A DNA stretch of 64,000 nucleotides. Source: a virus. Its lineage: Duplodnaviria > Caudoviricetes. This document shows, piece by piece, positions 10,960 to 20,600 of this stretch. Position 1 is the stretch's first letter; each line of letters begins with the position of its first letter. Both the position numbers and the translations under genes were made by a program. The stretch lies in IMG/VR virus record IMGVR_UViG_3300030330_006886, positions 7,026 through 71,025 of that record, one strand, 5' to 3'. The notes under the pieces are model-generated. The model was given only the letters and a program-made list of their open reading frames with translations, had not been told where the DNA came from and made no database searches.

Positions 10960-11682
10960 TCATATTCCGAATCTTGATCTTTGTGCGTTAAAATTTTGTT
11001 TGACTTCGGCATGTGTCAATGCTTTGTCTTTGTATATAGAAACTGGACCAAGTTTACCATCAAAACCAGTGCCAGACAGATTATCATCGTCAGCGGAATT
11101 TCCGATTATTAATCGATCCATATTGCCGTCAGCTGTAAGCGCAGTATCTGTATCTTGTCCTACTAGTTTTCCGTTTAAATACATAAAATATTGATCGCTT
11201 TTACCAGTAACCACCACGTGAGACCAACTACCTGTAGAAATTTGAGATGCCGAATCATTGTCGTTAACCAAAACTATACTAGATCCTCCAGTCGCTCTGT
11301 ATAGCAAAACTGGAATTTCTACGAGTCTTAACCTAAAATGTCCATTTCCAGCATATAAAAGATCTAAAACATGACACTGATTGTTCGTGTTATCATCTGG
11401 ATTGGCCCATACACAAAACGAAAAGTCATGATTATTCCAATCTATTGCTGTGTAATAATCACTTATAAAATAATCTCCAGCTCCATCCATTAACCAATAA
11501 TTATCATCAGTAATTGTAGGAGTACCTTGTATATTTATATCTGCCTGTAAAGTTCTATCAGCGCCGCTATTATTTTTTGCCAAATTTCTTATCGTTGAGC
11601 CGTGATGCCCATCTTTTGGATCAACAAGCATCCATAACTTCTCAGTAACAATCTGCGGTCCATATGCTAAATTACTCGCCAT
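10960..11682 (-). CDS. LamG domain protein
   Basis: YGPQIVTEKLWMLVD; FSFCVW...WSHVVVT...MYLNG...FDGKLG; ends QRSRFGI. Confidence 0.85.
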   Translation of the reverse strand: MASNLAYGPQIVTEKLWMLVDPKDGHHGSTIRNLAKNNSGADRTLQADINIQGTPTITDDNYWLMDGAGDYFISDYYTAIDWNNHDFSFCVWANPDDNTNNQCHVLDLLYAGNGHFRLRLVEIPVLLYRATGGSSIVLVNDNDSASQISTGSWSHVVVTGKSDQYFMYLNGKLVGQDTDTALTADGNMDRLIIGNSADDDNLSGTGFDGKLGPVSIYKDKALTHAEVKQNFNAQRSRFGI

Positions 11683-14600
11683 TTTCTCCGTCCTTATTTA
11701 CACTTTTATCTGGTTCTATTTCTAGCTTGCCGATATCTTTTCTTTCTGCATGTACCAAATAAAAGCAGTTGATTTTATTTTCTTTGTTGTTGTTTATTAA
11801 AATTTTGTTGTCTTTGATTGACTCGACGTATAATTCTTGGTGTTCGCCTATTGGTGTAAGTTGAACACTGATACTATCTTCGTGTACTAAGTATGGCCAA
11901 TGATCTGGTAATTCAATTATTTTGCTTTGTGCTTTTCCGCGAACAAAGACGTTGTGTTCTGGAGTTTCTGATGATGCGTATGCAAGTTGTTTGTCTGGTT
12001 TGGCAGGATCTGGATGATCAATAATAAAACTCTTATAGTCTGCTGCAAGACCACCGCTTACTGTGACTGTGTATGAAGCACTTGGGCTGTTGGTGCCAAA
12101 TCCAACAAGGTTATTACCAGCGTCGACGAAAATCATATTGTCTTGACCAGCTGTGCCTGCAACACGGAAATTTAAATCCTCTTTTTGGTGTCCAACAACA
12201 AGCTCTGAAGATGTTATTCTAATTCCTTCTTTTTCGCCACCTTTTATAAAGGTTCTGGAATCACCAAAATAAATAGACTCATGAAGGCCACCACCATCAG
12301 CCTGTATTCCAGCATAAGTTCCATCATTATATACTTTAAGCCTTGTTTGAGAAGCTCCGCCGAATATTGCATCAACAGCTCTTAGTTCTCCTGTTACGCT
12401 AGCGTCTCCACTAACAACAAGAGCGGAACCTTTTGCATTATTTGGATCAATGTTTATTCCAACAGCAGGCAATCCAGCATCTACAACAAAAGCATAATCT
12501 TGACCAGCAACTTCAGTATTTACATAAAAGTTTACGTCAGCAGTACTAGAAGCTAAACCACCAACCGCAACATAATCAGTGCCCACCTCTCTGAGCTCAA
12601 GCAAATTAACATCACCAGCTTTTAAATAAATTAAATCATTAGAAAATTCTAAAAATGTATTTGAGTCGCCTAGGTGACGAATTTTATCACCAACATAAAT
12701 ATCTGTTGCAAACTCTCCCTCACCAGCTACGTTTAAATCTCCAGCTGTTCGAAGTTCTCCTGTTATACTGGTATCACCATTAACCGCCAACATAGAACCA
12801 CCAAAGCTGGCCACTCCAATTCCAACTCCATAGTTGTTAAAAACAGTTCTTCCATCATCTTTAAATCTTGCAAGATCTAAAAACGAGCCATCTCCTTTTT
12901 GATGCCAAACTACCAAACCTCCATCCATACTTGAAGATATTTCATCTCCAAAATTAGTTTCGTCGGAGCCAAAGCTTATATTCCACTCTCCATCGATATT
13001 AGTTCTGCCACCTCCACCATTATGACGAAGTTTTAAATTTGCGGCAACGTTTGCTCCTGCGCCTTGAATATACAAGCTTCCTGCACTTGAACCACCATGC
13101 ACTTGTAATAATCCACTTGGATTTGTTGTTCCTATGCCGACATTACCATCCACAAATGTAACGGCATCAGTATTAGTACCAGCAATTTTATAACGCAACC
13201 TTATTTCTCCATCATTACTATCATGATAGATCATCTTCATTCCCGCAAAATAAGTACCAGCACCATCATTAGCAAACACTCTTCCTAACTCTGTTCCGTC
13301 TGTAACACTGCCATCATTTCTCAGCTCTATCTCTGCTCTAGTTGATGGGTTTGCAATGATTACATTATCATTTGTTCTTAGTTCTCCTGTTATACTGGTA
13401 TCACCACTAACGGTAAAAGTAGCTTGTGGACGGCCATTAATTCCTTGATGAAAGTTTCCAACCATCATCTGGCCTTCTCTGTTTATCATGGCAAATTCAT
13501 CAGTTTGGGTTGCTCCGTATCCGCCAAAAATAAGAGCGCCATTGGCGTCGTGAGTAGAACTACCATCGTATTCTATTCTAAAATGGTTATCTGTGGTACT
13601 ATTTTCAGCAAATTTAATTACAGCACTAGGATCTTGATCTGTTGAAGCGGCTTCAAATCTTAAAGCTGCTCCGTTTCCGTAAATTTCTAATTTTTCGCCT
13701 GGATTTGTTGTTCCTATTCCAACATTTTGTCGAGATATTGTTGCAGTAGGCGAAACAGTAAAGTTTACTGCGCCATTGGTCATTAACTCAATATTATTGT
13801 TATTTTGATTTACAATATAAAAATGAGACGGCGAACCTTGTATATAAGCTTCCCTTGTACTTATATCAGAGTGCCATGAAATAAATGGGCTAGTATCGGA
13901 TTGACGTAATAATTTGATAGATTCAGAAGTTTGCCCTCCTCCAACAACTAGTTGTCCTGTTATACTAGCGTCACCACTAACAACAAGCGCGGAGCCTTTA
14001 GCATCCAAGGGATCGCAGTTAATCCCCACGGTAGAAGTCCCAGCGTCTACTTCAACAACGTAGTCTATACCGTTTACCGCGCTACCAACCAAGAAGTTTA
14101 CATCTGGATTATCACCTACTCCTCCAATCGCAACATAATCTGTGCCAGCTTCTCGCGCATCGATTAACTCTACGCCGCCAGCATTAAATTTTATTCTGTT
14201 AGATGTAAAAGCAATATCAGTATCAGTATCACCTGCATGAATCAACTGCTCAGATATATAAACGTCTCGAGCAACAACATCTACGTCTGTGGTTATTTGT
14301 CCCGCAACTTTTAGCGCTCCTGTTACATTAGTGCTGCCATCAACTAAATTAATAAAAAATCTTTCTTGCCAAGAACTTGAATAGTTGGCCCAAATACTAA
14401 AACGATCATTGTCATATAAACTCCATGCTGCGCTACTATTATTTTCGTACCACTCCACTTGAGCATTATCAGAAGTTGGGTCACCAATTACTACATCAGA
14501 AAAACTACCTCGCGAATTAGCGGGCGCAACCCCGCCCAGCCCAACTCTTCCATCTGTTCGAAGTTCTCCTGTTATACTAGCGTCACCATTAACTGTAAGA

Positions 14601-17600
14601 TTTGCCGTTGGAGAAGAAACCTTTATTCCAAGCTTTCCGTCTTTGAGGACAAAAAAATCACCGCCCGCATCATAAACTGTTGTTTGTGTACTGGAGGCTG
14701 CAATTCTAATAGAGTTATTTCTAACTATGTGAAAGTCATGATTAGTAGCCGATCCAACATGTAAATAGTTGCTAGCATCATGAGCTGACAACCTTGTTTT
14801 TCTTCCAGCGGCAGATTCAAGAATAACATCTGCCACACTAGTTGGTCCATGCGCAATATAAAGTTGAGCATTATCTGGATTTGAACTACTGCCAATTCCA
14901 ACTTTCCCGAAATATCCGCTCAAGCCACTAATGTGATCTGGGCTTGTTCCATCTGCTGCTACCACTGAACCAGAAACATAAAGGTTGCCTGAAACATAAG
15001 CATCTTGACGCATATGCACGTGCCTCAAGTTGTCTATTTGCATTGCCTCAGTCGCACCTTTAAAGAACATAATTTGCGAACTTGATCCAGCCGTAGTTCC
15101 TGCCACAAATTTTAATGGATTACCGTTACCTCCAGCACTGATTAAAAAGTCATCATTTGCTAATCCTAAGTTTTCAAATCCAATATACGCAAAATCGTTT
15201 GCCGCGTTGCCTCTTTGAAATCTTAGGGCAGAGTGTGTTGCAGCAGAATCACTTGGACCTTTTATTAATACATCACCCCTCACTTCTAGTTTTTTTGATG
15301 GAGCGCTGGTTCCTATTCCAACTTTATTACCCGTGACTACTAAATCTCCACTATTGTATTGACCCATCACAATAGTGCCATCATCAAATGCCTCAAATAC
15401 TGGTAAACCTGCTATATCATTTACCGACATAAGAGAACCAGTAAGAGTATCTTCAACACTAAATAATGAACCTTGAGAACCTTCTACTAAAAATGCTGGT
15501 TGAGAATCGCCAGATTGGTAAATGTGGAGTTTGCCAGTAGGCGCTGTTGTTCCTATGCCAACTTTTGCTCCTGAAACCCGAACATGCTCACTACCATCTA
15601 CTTCTAAAGTGAGAAAAGAGCCTGCTGTTTCGTTGCTAGAGTCTGCTTGTATTTTTAGCGCTCCGTCTGATGCATCTATGTGAGCTAATGGAGTTCCTGC
15701 TGCGTTGTCATCTCTCAATCTTATTCTGGGGCTGGCTCCGTCTATGTGCAGTAGTTCTTGAGGGTTGTTTGTTCCTATTCCAACATTACCCGCCGTATCT
15801 ATATTTAAATTTGTAGAAGCAAAAGAATTACTGAAGCCAAGTGACATTATATCAGCAGAAGCATCTAGACCTACATAGACAGTATCAGTATTATCTGATA
15901 TAGATATCAAAGCATCGTTATCAGTAGATTTAAAACGCGCTATCTCGTTAGTGGTTCCTGCGTTAACAGTTAGTCTATAGTCAGGATTGTTTGTTCCTAT
16001 TCCAACATATCCAGTGTTATTAATGCGCATTGCTTCTGTAACAGTATCAGCACTGCCAGGAGCAGAAATAGAAAACGTCAATATTCCTTCTTGCGTTGAA
16101 GAGTTTGAAAAAGCTTTAATTGCCGCAGAATTATTTCCGTTATTAGCAAATAATACTTGCCCACAATCATTTAAGCTTGATCTTTTTCCTTCTAATTTTA
16201 TAACTGCTGCGTCGTCAGTTTTGTCATTATGAATGTGCAGTTGAGTATTTCCTGCGCTTGAGTCGTTTTCATAAATTTCTAAAAGACTTCCTGGGTTATT
16301 TGTTCCTATTCCGACCTTGCCGTCAGACACTATTCGCATCTTCGCGCTATTGCTAGTAAGAAATGCTAAATAGCCTCCTGCCTCACTTCCAGCTATCCTA
16401 GAATTTGTGCCTCCCCACTGCACGTATTGGTCATCCTCCAGTCTGATATTGTCGCCTACTCGTAATTCTCCTGTTATACTTGCATCGCCAGAAACTGATA
16501 AAGTTGCACTTGGCATTGAATTTGGAGTAGAAGGTTGCCAGTTTATTCCTACCTTGCCAGGTTTTAAATAAATAGTGTTAGATGTGCCTCCTACATCAAA
16601 ACCCATAAACTGATTAGCATGACTTGCTCTTATTCTTGTGTTTTCATTGTCCCAGTGCAAAGAATATCCGTTTTTAAGGCCGATTCCTTCTCCTACCTTT
16701 AATTGACCTGTTACACTAGCGTCTCCACTAACAACAAGAGCGGAGCCTTTAGCATCCAAAGGATCACAGTTAATCCCCACGGTAGAAGTTCCAGCATCCA
16801 CCTCAACAACATAGTCTATGCCGTTTACCGCGCTACCAACTAAAAAGTTTACGTCTGGATTGTCACCCACTCCTCCAATTGCAACATAATCTGCGCCAGC
16901 TTCTCGTGCATCGATTAATTGTAGCCCGCCGACTTCAAAAATCATTCTATCATCTAGCATTTGTATAAAGGTGTCAGTATCACCTCCATGTATAATTTTT
17001 TGTGCTATAGATAAGTCTCCTGTTATACTAGCATCACCGCTAACAGTAAGTAAAGCGCCAGCATGTCCACGACCTTCTCCAATTAATACTTCCCCATCAT
17101 CTCCATTTATCCATAGTCTTGAATGGTCTGCTGGATTGGTATTTAAGTTTCCTCCTGCTTCTGTTGCTAAAAATAAATTGCCATTATGTACGCTAAAAAT
17201 ACCAGCCCTTGTATCTGATGATGGCGAGTTATAGTCATGTCTTTGAGAAAAGCCAATGCCAACTGTATCATGAAAGCCAAGGGCCGAGTTAGGCCTGTGA
17301 ACCTTCATTGTCACATCGTCTTCACTAACAACCTCGAGTGCCGCCAGAGGAGTGCGTCCTGTTCCTATTATGACATCTCCATTTACTGCCAACTTTGATC
17401 CGTCAAAAGTTAAATTAGCTTCACCGTTTAAAGCGTCGCTTGATGAAAAAGTAGCAACTCTATTATCAGCGCCATTTGCAACCGCACTTACCGCACCTCC
17501 TCCGCCACCACCAGCACTAGCACTAGTCTGTGTTGTGCCATCTCCAAATACAATTCCATCGGCAAAATAACCACTGCCTTTCACGGATAAATGCCCAGAC

Positions 17601-20600
17601 TCAGCAGCTGCACCGCCGCTAATAGTAGCGCCACCAGAAATAAATACATTATCTCTCAAACGAATACGCTGGTTGGCTGGATCAACTTCAAACTTTGACT
17701 CTCCGCCTCTTTCGTTTACCTGAAGAGTGCATTGTGGATCGGCTGTATTCATTCCTACGAACACGCCATCATTAGTGCCATGTAAAATTAATCCACGTTC
17801 TTCATTTCCGCCTTTTGCTTTTACAAAAAAGTCTAAGTCAGTTCTAAAAGCGCTACTGTTTGTTTCACACTTTATAGCGCCAACATTTGAAGGAGCTGCA
17901 GCAGTATATTTGCCTCTAAATTGTATTCTAGAAATTTGTGTATTTGGAAGAGAATTTAAATCAGAGTTTCTTGTGAGAGTTATAGCAAGAGCGTCACTAA
18001 AGTCGCTTTGCACAACTTCCAGATTAGTAGCTGCGCTTCCTGTTCCTATTCCAAAACGACCTGCAGAAATGTGATTAGCTGTGCCATCAGTATAGAATGC
18101 AATTTTTTCAACTCCCCCATCGTACATGTGGAACCGTCCGCCATCTGTAGATTTTTCTGCGATTCTTACAATATCGTTAGTATTACTATTACCTTGGATA
18201 GTAAGTGCGCTAGCAGCAGAACTTACGCTAGACGACTTGATAGTCAGCGGAGAAGTCGGTGCTAGCGTTCCAATTCCTACACTAGCGTGAGCGTGAGCAT
18301 TGCCACCGACAAACAAGCCACTTCTATTAACGCGCAGTTCTCCTGTTATACTAGTATCGCCGCTTACAACAAGAGCAGAGCCTTTTGCATTAGCTGGATT
18401 AATGTTTATTCCTACCGAAGAATCGCCAGCGTCTACAGCAAAAGCGTAATCTGTACCACCAGCGCCCGCACTATTGACGAAAAAGTTTACGTCAGAAGAT
18501 ACAGTTGATAATCCTCCGATCGCGACATAATCTGCGCCAGCTTCTCTGGCATCGATTAACTCTACGCCACCCGCAAATAATCTAATTCTGTCTGTGTTAA
18601 ACCTAACATAAGTATCAGGGTCGCTGTCATGAATTATATCTGTCCCAACATGCACATCACTAGCTACTCTCGCATCACCAGCAACTCTTAATTCTCCTGT
18701 TATGCTAGCGTCACCACTAACATTAAATGTTGCTTGCATGTTAGTGTCACTATAGTTTCCAACACCAACTTTAGCAACCGTCCCCCCACCAACAACAAAA
18801 TTTCTGCCATTGTCACCTGGTCCAGTTCCTACAACCAAGCTTGTTCCTCCACTATCACTATTATAAATTCTTAAACCATCGCCACCAGTATTAGCTCTTA
18901 TTACAGAATTGTTGCCCCAAGATTGAAATAAAGTTGCGGATGTGTAAACATGTAATAAATCGCTCGGAGTTGTGGTGCCTATACCAACGCGATCATTGGC
19001 TGCATCTACAACAAGAGTATCATTGTCTACTCTTAATTCTCCTGTTATACTTGCATCTCCACCGACTTGAAGTTTTGCCTCTGGACTTGTTACGCCTATT
19101 CCAACACTGCCCGCCGATCCTCCTGCGGAAGTTATAGTGAGATTAGTCGCACCTGCATCGCTTGCACCACCTAAAGAGAAATAACCATTTCGAGAATGGA
19201 TGTAATTTAAAGTGGTATCATCCTCTATAAGAATGCTAGCTTTATCATCTGTGCTTTCAAATTTAGCTACAAAGTTGGTACCTGCTGAATTTACGTGCAG
19301 TGCTTGCTCAGGACTACTTGTTCCTATTCCAACATTTCCATTTTGTATGACTAATTTAGCATTCGCACCCATTTTGGTCGTGCCAATTCCTACTTTTCCA
19401 AAGTACCCGCTCAACCCACTAATGTGTGACCCAGTAGAAGAAATCGCCCCAAAAGAATCTAAAGAATCAGTCGTTGCATCTCCTAATGTAAAACTTCCAC
19501 TAACTTTTAAGTCTCCACTGATAGTAGCATCACCAGAAACATATAAATCGCCGTTTCTTACGTAAGTTCCATTATCAAAAAATAAATTTAAACTATTTGC
19601 GGTTAAACTCTTTTTGTGTCCATAACTTCCAGCAACTTTGTCTGGTCGTGAAGAATCGGCTAAAACAAACGCGCCGTTGTGAGCAGCCCAACCATAACTT
19701 CCCAATGCTAAAGATTGATTTCCTTGTCCAGTAGACTCTATGCCTCCAACAATCGAGTTAACTCCAGCATTGATATTATCTTTACCACCAAGTATAATTG
19801 AACGAGCTGTTGTAGTGCCAGTAATAATATTGTCTTGGCCACCTGCAATAACAGAATAAGCTCCTTGTTGCTGGTTTCCCCCTTCAAAAATTTGGTTGCC
19901 ATAACCACCGCCAATAAAATTGTAGTTACCAAATATTTGATTTTCTCTACCGCCAACTATTGCAGATGAATTTAACGCTCTATTTGCCTTTTTTACCCAA
20001 TCTTGACTGTCTATATCTTCTCCATAAACAGCTGCGCTCCTCGTAACGTCAATACCAATTGTGTTTTTGTATCCACCACCGATGAAAGATGTGCTGCCAG
20101 ACATTACATTAAACTGACCACCACCAATTATAGAGTTTTCAAATATAGCTTCAGGAATATCTGTGTCATTTTCTGTTTCACCAAATTGCAAAGAGCCCGA
20201 AGAGCTATCTGTGCTGTCGCCAAATATAGTATTTTTGTATCCACCAACCAATGCTTGACCATCACCAGAAACTAAGTTGCCATCACCACCAACAAGAACG
20301 TTTCTGTTTCCAGAAATGTAGTTTTCTCTACCACCTCCTAAAAATGATGCTTCACCTGGTTTTCCAACTGCTCCTAAAATTCTGTTTCCAGAACCACCAA
20401 CAAGCGCTGAAAGTTCACCAGTTACTCTGTTGTTTACGCCACCAACCACAACAACGCCAGTTCCTACTGCGGTTATTCCGCTTCCGCCAACCGTGGTTAC
20501 AAATGGGCCAGATTTTGTGATGGTTCCTGTGCCACCCAGTCTAAGACCCGCCTGACCTGGGACAAAGTCAAAATGACTAGCGTTTCCGCTAGCGGTAAAC

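Noticed and set aside
12385-18580. Diversity-generating retroelement template/variable repeat pair
   Set aside because: Differences between copies are mostly synonymous and not adenine-restricted, all copies are inside one ORF, and no reverse transcriptase is in the window.
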